DNA of 45,099 bases. It comes from an uncultured Rickettsiales bacterium (GTDB lineage Bacteria > Myxococcota_A > UBA796 > UBA9615). Below the pieces are notes generated by a model. It saw only the letters and a program-made list of their open reading frames with translations, had not been told where the DNA came from and did no database searches. The translations under genes and the position numbers were made by a program. The stretch spans positions 1 through 45,099 of the forward strand of contig CAZQTQ010000001.1 of the NCBI GenBank assembly GCA_964596025.1. The letters are read 5' to 3'. The stretch's first letter is position 1, and the number at the start of each line of letters is the position of its first letter. Positions 1 to 7,843 of this stretch are shown in pieces.

Positions 1-1
1 T

Positions 2-799
2 GTGGGCCTTGCGGTACCAGGGCACGAGATCGGGCACCTGGAGGTGAAAGTCGACCGGCGCATCGGCGGCGCGGCGTTTGAGGCCAGAGAGGTAGCCGGA
101 GTCAACTGCCGGTCCGACCAAATCCAAGACCACCCTGCGCCGGAGCCGCGCTGGAAGCCCCTTGACCGCCTCGATAGCAACGTGCTGACCCTTGCCCGGA
201 ATCATCCGAGCGGCGTAGAGCAAACGAATGGGGCCGTCGGCCGCGCTTCGGGGCAAGGGGGGAACCGAGGGGTCGGGCAGGAAACGAGTGGTGTCGACAC
301 CGGGCCAAGCCACCCGCAAGCGCGAGTGACGCACGCCGTTGTCTTCCAGTTGTTTGCGGGCGGCCTCGCTGGGGGCGAGGGCGATGCGCGCCGCCTGGAT
401 GCGGTCCCGCACCACCTTGTCCCGTACGGCTTGGAGGCGGTTCCAGTCCCGGGAGGAGGAGAAGGGATCGGCAAGCAGCGTCACCGTCGGGCGGAGGGAC
501 GTTGGCACCTCGGTTCCGTGCGCCAGCACAACCTCGGGCCGGAAGAGCAGCGCCGCCTTGCGCACCGCGAGATCGAGGCGAAAACGGGACTGCAGGGGGC
601 CAAAGGCCTGAATCTCGACCGCCTTGGCGGCGGAGGGCAGGAGCGAGGGATCCCGGGTCCAGCCGCAGACGAGCTCGACCTCGTGCTCCCGGCGAAGGCG
701 CTGCCACAGGTGGTGTAGGACGGTCGAAGCCGAACCGTAGGCATCCGGGGGAAAGGTCCGGCTGGCGATCAGAATCCGCACAGGCGCAAGGTACCCCAT
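2..799 (-). CDS. Glycosyltransferase, GT4/GT-B type; N-terminal ~266 codons only, 3' end runs off the left edge
   Basis: Not in the ORF track because there is no stop in the window. My translation of the minus strand from ATG 799 reads MGYLAPVRILIASRTFPPDAYGSASTVLHHLWQRLRREHEVELVCGW...LAPSEAARKQLEDNGVRHSRLRVAWPGVDTTRFLP...IRLLYAARMIPGKGQHVAIEAV.... This is the typical GT4 N-terminal domain followed by the start of the C-terminal Rossmann half. An in-frame stop lies upstream at 905-907. Confidence 0.7.
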   Translation of the reverse strand, partial: MGYLAPVRILIASRTFPPDAYGSASTVLHHLWQRLRREHEVELVCGWTRDPSLLPSAAKAVEIQAFGPLQSRFRLDLAVRKAALLFRPEVVLAHGTEVPTSLRPTVTLLADPFSSSRDWNRLQAVRDKVVRDRIQAARIALAPSEAARKQLEDNGVRHSRLRVAWPGVDTTRFLPDPSVPPLPRSAADGPIRLLYAARMIPGKGQHVAIEAVKGLPARLRRRVVLDLVGPAVDSGYLSGLKRRAADAPVDFHLQVPDLVPWYRKAH

Positions 800-906
800 C
801 GCCCACACCGCCCGGAAGCCCATCCGCCGGCCCAAGCCAACCGTCCCAGACAACCGGGGCGGAATAGCAGGCCAGGCGCGCCAGCATGCGGTAGCCTCAC
901 CGGCTC

Positions 907-2169
907 ATGGTCGAAGCCCCACCGCCCTCCGAACCGCGCACCCTTCCCCGCTGGCTGCCGCAGACCCTGACCGGGTGGATTGGGCTGGCGGTGGTGGTCG
1001 GCTTGCCTCTGGGCCTGTGGGCGCACTCCGACCCCGAGATCCGGTCGCTGGTCTCGCCGCTGGAGGGAGCCGGCGCGCTGTTCATCCGAGGCCTCAAGCT
1101 CCTCGTCATTCCCGTGATCGTCACGTCCCTGGTCGTTGGAGTGACCAGCATGGGGGACCTGACCAAAGTCAGCCAGCTCGGGGGGCGCGCACTGGCCTAC
1201 TACATGGCGACAACCGCACTTGCCGCAGTCGTCGGCCTGACGGTGGTCAACCTGATCCGACCAGGCATCGGCACCCAGCTCGCCCTCGGAGAGGTTCCCG
1301 ACAAGGCACTGACGGGCTCCGGCATGGGCGTAGGTGGAATGCTCAAGCGCGTCTTCGGAGAGACCCTGCTGGATCCCATCCACTCGCTGGCCCGGGGCGA
1401 CATCCTCACCATCATCGCGGCCTGCTTGCTGCTGGGGATGATCTTGATCGCAGTAGGCCGGGTGGGCGGACCCGTCGTGTCCTTCTTCCGGGTGGCGGAG
1501 CGCTGGGTCATGAGGGCGGTCGGGCTCTTCATGCTGGTGGCACCGCTGGGCGTCCTCGGCCTGCTCGTCTCCAGCCTGAGCGAAGGCGGTCTCGACGCTT
1601 TGACTGCGGTCGGGCGCTACGCGCTGTGTGTCGTACTCGCCCTGGCCATTCACGGGGCAGTGGTCTTGCCGTCGATTGTCGCCGTCGTTGGGCGGCGGAA
1701 GCCTCTCGAATGGCTCAGAGGGGCTCGACCCGCCCTGCTCGTCGCGTTTTCGACCTCGTCTTCGGCCGCTACCTTGCCCGTCACCATAGAGACCTGCGAA
1801 CAAGAGCTCGGGGTACCCAAGTCCGTCGCTTCCTTCGTCTTGCCGCTTGGAGCGACGATCAACATGGACGGCACCGCCTTGTACGAGGCCATCGCCGCCC
1901 TCTTCGTCGCGCAGGTGGTCGGCATCGATCTGGACGCAGGCCAGCAGATTGTCGTGGTGATTACGGCCATGGCAGCCTCGGTCGGGGCCGCCGGAATCCC
2001 CTCTGCCGGACTGGTCACTATGGCCATGGTCTTCGAGGCGGTCGGCCTCCCCCTGGAAGGAATCGGGCTCATCCTCGCCGTCGACCGCTTCCTGGACATG
2101 GGCCGGACAGCGGTCAACGTGCTGGGCGACACAGCCGGGGCGGTTGTCCTGAGCCGGTCAGTCCAGTGA
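907..2169 (+). CDS. Dicarboxylate/amino acid:cation symporter (DAACS/SLC1 family, GltP-like)
   Basis: 420-aa polytopic protein carrying the family signatures AFSTSSSAATLPVT (HP1 SSS motif) and GATINMDGTALYEAIAALFVAQ (NMDGT motif). Confidence 0.9.
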   Translation: MVEAPPPSEPRTLPRWLPQTLTGWIGLAVVVGLPLGLWAHSDPEIRSLVSPLEGAGALFIRGLKLLVIPVIVTSLVVGVTSMGDLTKVSQLGGRALAYYMATTALAAVVGLTVVNLIRPGIGTQLALGEVPDKALTGSGMGVGGMLKRVFGETLLDPIHSLARGDILTIIAACLLLGMILIAVGRVGGPVVSFFRVAERWVMRAVGLFMLVAPLGVLGLLVSSLSEGGLDALTAVGRYALCVVLALAIHGAVVLPSIVAVVGRRKPLEWLRGARPALLVAFSTSSSAATLPVTIETCEQELGVPKSVASFVLPLGATINMDGTALYEAIAALFVAQVVGIDLDAGQQIVVVITAMAASVGAAGIPSAGLVTMAMVFEAVGLPLEGIGLILAVDRFLDMGRTAVNVLGDTAGAVVLSRSVQ

Positions 2170-2357
2170 CCAGCTAAAGTGCCCGGCGGCGCTCGGTCCC
2201 GCCGAATCCGTTGAGAACTTGTTGCGAAGGCCTTGAGAGTTCTTCGGATCCCTCCCTCTACCGAGATCTCCCTAGGCAGCTTGCACTGCCTGTGTATCCT
2301 CGGATCGGTCGCACAAGTCTGCGCCCTCTCGTTCCCTAGCCCGGAGTCCGATTGTCG

Positions 2358-4511
2358 ATGGGTCGATTATGCCCCCAAGCCCTGCCCTCCCTTTTCGCCT
2401 TGCTCCTCTTGGCGGCTTCCATGGGAGCGCCTGCAGCGGCCCGGGCTGAGACCTGCGGGGTCCTTCCCTTCACTGTAGGGGCCGGGGTAACCCGGGGCGC
2501 AGCCGACAACATCGGCTCCCTCGTTTCGACCGAAGCCGACATCCGAGGCAACTTCGAACTCGTCCTCTCAGCCGACACGAGTGAGGTGGGAGAAGCCTGC
2601 GGCGAAGACAATACCTGCATCACGAACTACGCCAGGGGGAACCGCTTCCAGAAGGTCATCACCGGGCAGGTCAAGGGCATCGGAAAGGACCGCTACGCAC
2701 TGAGTGTGCAGCTGGTCAGCGGCGCCAACGCTCACGTCATCCGCGAGGTGAACCTCACCTTGGACCGTAGCCCCGATTCGCTTCTGGAGGAGATCCCCCT
2801 CCTGGTCGTCGAGCTGCTGACGGGCAAGCGACCGGTCGTCGAAGAGGAGCCCCCAGAACGCTCGAGTGGCCCGATGTTCGCCGACGACGACGACTTCGGC
2901 GATCTCGTGGAAGAAGAGAAGCGACCGGATTGGATGGAGCGAGACCGACACGGCCGGAAGATTCGGGACGCTGACGCCGACGACGATCCCCTGGGCCTGG
3001 ACGACTTGGATTCCGATCTGGACGAGATGGATCTCGACGAGATGGCGCCGGGGTCTCCGGCTGATCGGAAGAAGGCCCGGGCAAAACGAGAGGCAGCGGA
3101 TGCCGCGCGCAAGGCCGAGGAAGAGCGGCTCGCCCAAAAGGCCGCCGAGGAGCGACGGCGGCGAGAGCTGGAGCGCATGCGGGCCGACGAGGAACGGCGG
3201 GCCGAAGAGCATCGCATTCGGCAGGAGGAGGAGCGGCGTAACGAGGAGAACTACCGGGCCCAGGCTGCACAAGAGCGCCGGGAGCGGGAGCGCATTGAGA
3301 GGGAACGCATCGAGAAGGACCGTAAGCTCGAAGAGCAGCGCCGTGCCCGGCTTGCGGAAGAAGAGCGCGCAGAACAGGACCGTGAGCGGGAGCGCAGCCG
3401 GCAACGAGAGCGCGAGGACGATCGCCGACGGGCGGCGACCAGCCGAGAGCGGCAGGACGATCGCCGACGCGCTGCCAGGAGCCGCTACGCCAAGGAAGAA
3501 GAGGACCCCGGATTCGTCATGGAGGATGAGGACCCCGGATTCGTCATGGAGGATGAGGACCCCGGATTCGTCGTGGAGGATGAGGACCCCGGATTCGTCA
3601 TGGAGGACGAAGACCGGGCCGGAGACAACCGCTACAAGCGGGCGCATACGGCAAGTCGGTCCATCGAGCGCTACCCCTACCAGAAGGAAGAGAGGGGGGG
3701 CTACGGCCGGGCGGAGCCCGCAAGCAGCCGATCCTCTGGGGCCAGCGGAGGCCGATCCTATGGAGACGGTGAAGCCGTCGCTACCGCCCGCCCGCGAGGC
3801 GGGAGCCGATCGAACGACCGCAGCTCAAGCCGATCCTATGAGCCCGAGGCCCCCGTCAGCCGACGGGACGCCTACGAGATGGACTCCTACGACCCGGATG
3901 ACCTCAGCTCTTATGGGGCCGAGCGCTCCGGCGCCGGGGGCTACAGCGGCCGCAGCGGAAGCCGGAGCCAGACCTCACGGCCAGAGAAGGCGGGACGGCC
4001 GGGCTTCGCCATTCGCCTTCAAGGTGGCTTCACGCAGTACTACCTCAGCTTTGGCAAGGTCGGCCTCTCCGGCACGCTGCTTGTCATCCCCAACCTCGGC
4101 ATCGACTTCGACTTCGAGGTGTGGTCCTTCACCCTCATCGAGGAAGACGCCAACGGCGAGCAGCTGCGCACTGCGCGGGGCCTGCCGGCCTTCAACATCG
4201 GCGCGAGCTATCGCTTCTTGCCGAAAAAGCCCGCCTTTAGGCCCTACCTCGGCGGCTACGTAGGCGGCATCCACTACGCGCAGAGCACCATCGAGATGGC
4301 CGACGGGTCCACGCAGACAAAGCCGCTCTTCGGCATCCAGATTGCCGTCCGCGCCGGCTGCGACTTCATGCTGACCAAGTGGTTCGGCCTCAACGTCCAC
4401 CTCCAAGGGGGCGTCGCCTACTCCGAACAGGTCCAAGAGATGGTGCATCCCGAGTGGAGTCCCGTGACCGGCTTCTTGACCGCTGGCGGTGGGGTAGTCT
4501 TCAAGCTCTGA
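2358..4511 (+). CDS. Secreted mosaic protein with five parts: TolB-N/LpoB-like N-domain, long Glu/Arg-rich helix, acidic tandem repeats, Ser/Arg/Gly/Tyr-rich disordered region, and a C-terminal outer-membrane beta-barrel-like domain
   Basis: ATG at 2358 lies two codons inside the track ORF, which starts at TTG 2352. Signal peptide is MGRLCPQALPSLFALLLLAASMGAPAAARA. The N-domain begins CGVLPFTVGAG...NFELV. About 150 aa resemble ERRRRELERMRADEERRAEEHRIRQEEERR. EDEDPGFVM occurs 4 times. The C-terminal ~170 aa have alternating hydrophobic beta-strand patterning and end ...GGGVVFKL. Confidence 0.8.
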   Translation: MGRLCPQALPSLFALLLLAASMGAPAAARAETCGVLPFTVGAGVTRGAADNIGSLVSTEADIRGNFELVLSADTSEVGEACGEDNTCITNYARGNRFQKVITGQVKGIGKDRYALSVQLVSGANAHVIREVNLTLDRSPDSLLEEIPLLVVELLTGKRPVVEEEPPERSSGPMFADDDDFGDLVEEEKRPDWMERDRHGRKIRDADADDDPLGLDDLDSDLDEMDLDEMAPGSPADRKKARAKREAADAARKAEEERLAQKAAEERRRRELERMRADEERRAEEHRIRQEEERRNEENYRAQAAQERRERERIERERIEKDRKLEEQRRARLAEEERAEQDRERERSRQREREDDRRRAATSRERQDDRRRAARSRYAKEEEDPGFVMEDEDPGFVMEDEDPGFVVEDEDPGFVMEDEDRAGDNRYKRAHTASRSIERYPYQKEERGGYGRAEPASSRSSGASGGRSYGDGEAVATARPRGGSRSNDRSSSRSYEPEAPVSRRDAYEMDSYDPDDLSSYGAERSGAGGYSGRSGSRSQTSRPEKAGRPGFAIRLQGGFTQYYLSFGKVGLSGTLLVIPNLGIDFDFEVWSFTLIEEDANGEQLRTARGLPAFNIGASYRFLPKKPAFRPYLGGYVGGIHYAQSTIEMADGSTQTKPLFGIQIAVRAGCDFMLTKWFGLNVHLQGGVAYSEQVQEMVHPEWSPVTGFLTAGGGVVFKL
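3501..3608 (+). repeat. 27-bp tandem repeat x4, in frame (EDEDPGFVM units)
   Basis: The unit gaggaccccggattcgtcatggaggat occurs four times head-to-tail. Differences are one A>G (Met>Val) in unit 3 and one synonymous change at the end of unit 4. Confidence 0.95.
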
Positions 4512-5302
4512 GTTCCAGCGCTCCCTCCCCTACTCCCCTGCGCAACCTCCTGCTCTTGGGGGTCGCAGCGCTCGCATTAAGCGCCGCCTTGGCTTCCAGC
4601 CCCAGCTGCAGCCCCCCGAGCGCCGACGAGGCCGTCCAGCCGCTCGTTGAGAACGACATCCCAACCCCAACTCCGCAGCGAGCACCCCCAGCCCAGTTGG
4701 GCCAGACCAGGGTGCAAGGGGTACCCGTTCTTCTTCGGGTCCTGACCCCCAGCGAGGGAGCTGAACAAGCCAAGGCCGCCATTGCCGCGGGCCTGGCCGA
4801 GGCCAAGCGGGTCACTGGGCTGTCTGCTGCAGACCGGGCATCCCCAGAGCTAGAAGCGAGCCGCGGGAGCCTGCGAGCCTTGGCCGAGGCCGCCCAGCTT
4901 GCGGTATCCGAGCCGTCTCCTGGAATCTTGGTCGCCTACGCCGTCGACCGCAGCGCAGACGTCCTCCTCGCCCACGGAATGACCGACTTCCTCATCGATG
5001 CGGGGACGCTCTTGCGGGCCCACGGCTCCCAGGACGCACGGCACGGCCGAGGCTGGAAGGTGGGGACGGGCCCGCGCTCAGACAGAAGCAGCTCCGAAGC
5101 GAACTCCGTTGTCCTCCACAACCAGGCGCTCGCTCACCTGCCCGAGACGAGTCCACCGGGACGAGTAGCCGCAGCTCGTGCGCCGACGGCCGGCTTGGCC
5201 ACAGCAGCAGCCCTCCTCGCAAGCGCAGCGTCGAAGCCTCCGTGGCCTCACTGGTCGTCCCTCGGAGTAGAAGCAGTCGCTCGTATTGGCAGGGGCGAGT
5301 AG
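4454..5302 (+). CDS. Divergent/shortened ApbE-like (FAD:protein FMN transferase family) exported protein; start uncertain
   Basis: Hydrophobic leader is LRNLLLLGVAALALSAALASSPSC. Segments VQGVPVLLRVLTPSEGAEQAKAAIAAGLAEAKRV, ILVAYAVDRSADVLLAHGMTDFLIDAGTLLRAHG and GWKVGTGPR resemble ApbE blocks (GT.v.i.v, KGYAVDR...G, W.vgI.dP), but the middle of the family domain appears shortened. There is no in-frame ATG. Candidate starts are GTG 4379, GTG 4454 and TTG 4556. Confidence 0.5.
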   Translation: MESRDRLLDRWRWGSLQALSSSAPSPTPLRNLLLLGVAALALSAALASSPSCSPPSADEAVQPLVENDIPTPTPQRAPPAQLGQTRVQGVPVLLRVLTPSEGAEQAKAAIAAGLAEAKRVTGLSAADRASPELEASRGSLRALAEAAQLAVSEPSPGILVAYAVDRSADVLLAHGMTDFLIDAGTLLRAHGSQDARHGRGWKVGTGPRSDRSSSEANSVVLHNQALAHLPETSPPGRVAAARAPTAGLATAAALLASAASKPPWPHWSSLGVEAVARIGRGE

Positions 5303-5312
5303 AGTCTAGGCT

Positions 5313-6026
5313 ATGCCTCGCCTGCTCTCACTCCTCCTGCTGCTGAGCTTTCCGGTGGGACTCGCATCCTGCCTGCCGGGCCTCCCAATCGGCAACTCGG
5401 GCGGCGAACCTCAGGATGTGGACTTCGGCGACGACGACTCCTCTGGGGGCGACGACGACGACGCGAGCCAACTCTTCGAGGGCGACGAGCCCGGCGAGTG
5501 CGACGACGGAGCCGACAACGATCAGGATGGCCTGTTTGACTGCGACGACCCCGACTGCGCGGGTGCGCCGGTCTGCGATGAGGGAGACGACGACACCGGA
5601 GACGACGACACCGGAGACGACGACACCGGGGACGACGACACCGGAGACGACGACACCGGAGACGACGACACCGGAGACGACGACACCGGAGACGACGACG
5701 ACACTACATCCGCGGACCCCGGCCAGCCCGTAATTACCAGCCTCCTCGGCACCTGGGACTCTTCAGAGGCCCGCTTCGACTTCGAGATCTACGTACAAGA
5801 CAGCTACTGCGACCTGGGCCAACCGACGGTGCGCTGGTTCTTGGACGGCTTCGAGCAGGACACCATCCTCTACAGCGGCCCCGCTCTCACCTGCTCAGCA
5901 AGCCCGCTGAGCATCTGGATCGGCAGTGCATTCACAGCGGGAGTGTCCTACGCCTTCGGCTTCTCCGTCGAGGACTCGATCGGGCAGGTCTCAGAGCCCT
6001 ACAATCTGATCTTGAACGCCAGCTAA
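5313..6026 (+). CDS. Lipoprotein with an Asp/Cys-rich motif, a (DDDTG)n tandem-repeat linker and a small C-terminal beta-rich domain
   Basis: Signal peptide plus lipobox is MPRLLSLLLLLSFPVGLAS|C. It also carries CDDGADNDQDGLFDCDDPDCAGAPVC, seven DDDTG units, and a ~105-aa C-terminal domain. Confidence 0.8.
   Translation: MPRLLSLLLLLSFPVGLASCLPGLPIGNSGGEPQDVDFGDDDSSGGDDDDASQLFEGDEPGECDDGADNDQDGLFDCDDPDCAGAPVCDEGDDDTGDDDTGDDDTGDDDTGDDDTGDDDTGDDDTGDDDDTTSADPGQPVITSLLGTWDSSEARFDFEIYVQDSYCDLGQPTVRWFLDGFEQDTILYSGPALTCSASPLSIWIGSAFTAGVSYAFGFSVEDSIGQVSEPYNLILNAS
5586..5705 (+). repeat. 15-bp tandem repeat, 7 near-identical units plus 1 degenerate unit, in frame (DDDTG)n
   Basis: gacgacgacaccgga is repeated head-to-tail. 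Unit 3 ends ggg and the last unit is gacgacgacgacact. Confidence 0.95.
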
Positions 6027-6074
6027 GACGCAGGCGGCGCACCCAGGTCCCACGGGAACCCTGCGAGCCACTAG

Positions 6075-7055
6075 CTAGCGGCGAGCACGCCCCGCCAGCT
6101 CAACCTGCTCCTCCAGGTCTCGCGTTGTCCGCGCCCAGTAGTCCGGGCCACCAAAGTCGGGAAAACCCACCTGAAAGGCGGGATCGCTCCAGCGAAGGGC
6201 CAACCAGGCCGTGTAGTGGACGTAACGCATACCGCGAAGCAGCTCGATGAGGTGCAGGCTACTTCGGTCGAAGGAGGCCATGGACTCGTAGCCTTCGAGG
6301 ATGAGGTTCTGGCGCCGCTGCGCCCAGGCGTCGCGCCCACCGATCATCATCCAGAGATCCTGAACCGGCGGCCCCATGACCATGTCGTCGAAATCCAAGA
6401 GGACCAGGCCCCCGGGGCTGGAGATCAGGTTGCCCAGATGGACGTCCCCGTGAATTCGCTGCAACTCAAGGTCGACCCAGCGGGGTTCGCTCAGGGCCAG
6501 AAGGCGGTCTGTAGCCTGCATGTAGCGATCGCGCATCGCTGGGGGCAGGTGACCGCCCCGATCCAACAGATCGCGGTCTGCCCGGATGTAGGTCTCCGGA
6601 TCGAGGGACAGCCGGTGTTCGGCCTCGTCGGTACGGCCAACGGCGTGCATCCGCGCAACCACCCGGCCGAGTCGCCTGAGCTGATCGTCGTTCATATCGT
6701 CCGGAGCGCGGCCGCCAATGCGGGCGGCCACCGAAAAACGGATGCCTTCGACCGTACTAATCGTCTCGCCGTCCTCGAACTCTAGGGGGGCGGCGACGGG
6801 AACTTCGGCCTCTTCGAGGTCGATCTGGAAGTCGTGCTCATCCAGGATGGCAGCGTCGCTCCAGCGACCAGGTCGGTAGAACTTCGCCACCACGTAGCGC
6901 CCGTCGCTGAGCTCGAGCTGGTAGACGCGGTTCTCGTAAGAGTTCAGGACGATGAACCGGCCGGTGCAGCCCATGCCATCGACCTGCACCGCATCCAAGA
7001 CCCGGTCTGGAGTCAGGTCGTAGAAGAACTCGGTCCGGTCGTCGCGGCTCAGCAC
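6075..7055 (-). CDS. srkA: Stress-response Ser/Thr kinase SrkA (YihE/RdoA; aminoglycoside-phosphotransferase fold)
   Basis: Strong resemblance to E. coli YihE: NSYENRVYQLEL, VAKFYRPGRWS...ILDEHDF, VPVAAPLEF, HGDVHLGNL, LLDFDD. I place the start at GTG 7055, giving 326 aa, close to the ~330 aa I recall for E. coli SrkA. That start overlaps the upstream stop (GTGCTGA). The track ORF's extra 77 N-terminal residues are Arg/Gly/Pro junk. Confidence 0.85.
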   Translation of the reverse strand: MLSRDDRTEFFYDLTPDRVLDAVQVDGMGCTGRFIVLNSYENRVYQLELSDGRYVVAKFYRPGRWSDAAILDEHDFQIDLEEAEVPVAAPLEFEDGETISTVEGIRFSVAARIGGRAPDDMNDDQLRRLGRVVARMHAVGRTDEAEHRLSLDPETYIRADRDLLDRGGHLPPAMRDRYMQATDRLLALSEPRWVDLELQRIHGDVHLGNLISSPGGLVLLDFDDMVMGPPVQDLWMMIGGRDAWAQRRQNLILEGYESMASFDRSSLHLIELLRGMRYVHYTAWLALRWSDPAFQVGFPDFGGPDYWARTTRDLEEQVELAGRARR

Positions 7056-7843
7056 CGATCCGCCCCATCGTCCACTTGGAGAAGGGCGCGGAGGTCCCTC
7101 ATCGACGCCGTGTAGGTCCCCGCCCCGTCCCGTACGCAAAACGGCTCCGCTTCGGGCGCGACCGGGGGTTCCTCTTCGGCCCGAAGCGCCACGTAGCCAC
7201 GGAAGCGGGGCTTGAGGCCCTCGCGGGGCGTGAACACCAGCATCCGGCACAAGGCGAGGCCGGCGGCGTCGACGGCCCGCTGGCACCGGGCGTCTTGGCC
7301 GGCGTCCATGAGGAAGGAAGCTCTGCCTCCAGGGGCGAGGAGCGCTGCCGCCGCCTCTGCGTAGGCCTCGATCCCCCCGCGGGTCTCAAAGCGCGCCGCG
7401 TAGCGCTGGGGGTCCCGACTCGCCACGCCGCTGCCGAGAGGCATGAACGGGGGGATACCCGTGATGAGATCGAAGCCCGCAGTCCCCGCGGGCACCAGCT
7501 CCTCCGGCCGCTGCTGGCGAAGGTCGCCTTCCACGATACGTGCCCGCTCGTCGAGACGATTGAGGCAGAGGTTGCGGCGGGCCAGGTCGGCGGAAATGGC
7601 CTGCGCCTCCACTCCAATGAAAGAGGCTTCCGGAAGCAAGGTCGAGAGCAGAAGGGTTGCGGTGGCGTGGCCACAGCCCAGGTCCAGGACGGCGCGCGCG
7701 TGAGGCTGGGAGGTGTAGGCGAGCCAGACGGCCAAGAGGTCGTCGGTCGCGCTGCGGTGTCCTCGGCTGCGCTGCAGCACCACCCGCTCAGAGGCAAGGC
7801 GATCCAGACGCTCACCGTCGCGAGGCTGGACCTGCTCCTTCAT
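7049..7843 (-). CDS. Class I SAM-dependent methyltransferase, 'MTS'/TrmN6(YfiC)-like, with a non-canonical motif IV
   Basis: SAM motif I is VLDLGCGHATATLLLS. Motif IV region is FDLITGIPPF, where the family has (S/T)NPP(Y/F). ATG 7843 forms an ATGA overlap with the stop of the upstream kinase gene. Confidence 0.75.
   Translation of the reverse strand: MKEQVQPRDGERLDRLASERVVLQRSRGHRSATDDLLAVWLAYTSQPHARAVLDLGCGHATATLLLSTLLPEASFIGVEAQAISADLARRNLCLNRLDERARIVEGDLRQQRPEELVPAGTAGFDLITGIPPFMPLGSGVASRDPQRYAARFETRGGIEAYAEAAAALLAPGGRASFLMDAGQDARCQRAVDAAGLALCRMLVFTPREGLKPRFRGYVALRAEEEPPVAPEAEPFCVRDGAGTYTASMRDLRALLQVDDGADRC

Noticed and set aside
769-2177. ORFs 769-1803 (-) and 975-2177 (+), which overlap the symporter gene.
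   Set aside because: The frame 907-2169 (+) carries the unambiguous SSSAATLP and NMDGT transporter signatures. The alternatives are low-complexity Arg/Gly/Pro/Asp strings.
2265-2285. AGGCAGCTTGCACTGCC, upstream of the mosaic OMP gene, as a sigma54 promoter.
   Set aside because: The GG-to-GC spacing is one nucleotide too long. The sequence is better described as a 6-bp stem hairpin (AGGCAG/CTGCCT).
5586-5705. The tandem repeat arrays (also 3501-3608 and 42801-42992) as possible CRISPR arrays.
   Set aside because: The units are 15-27 bp and directly abutting with no spacers. They are in frame within lipoprotein or secreted-protein genes, and no cas genes are present.
6027-6074. A terminator hairpin between the convergent lipoprotein and srkA genes.
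   Set aside because: Only imperfect short complementarity is present (CGCAGG...CCTGCG with a 26-nt loop), and there is no T tract.
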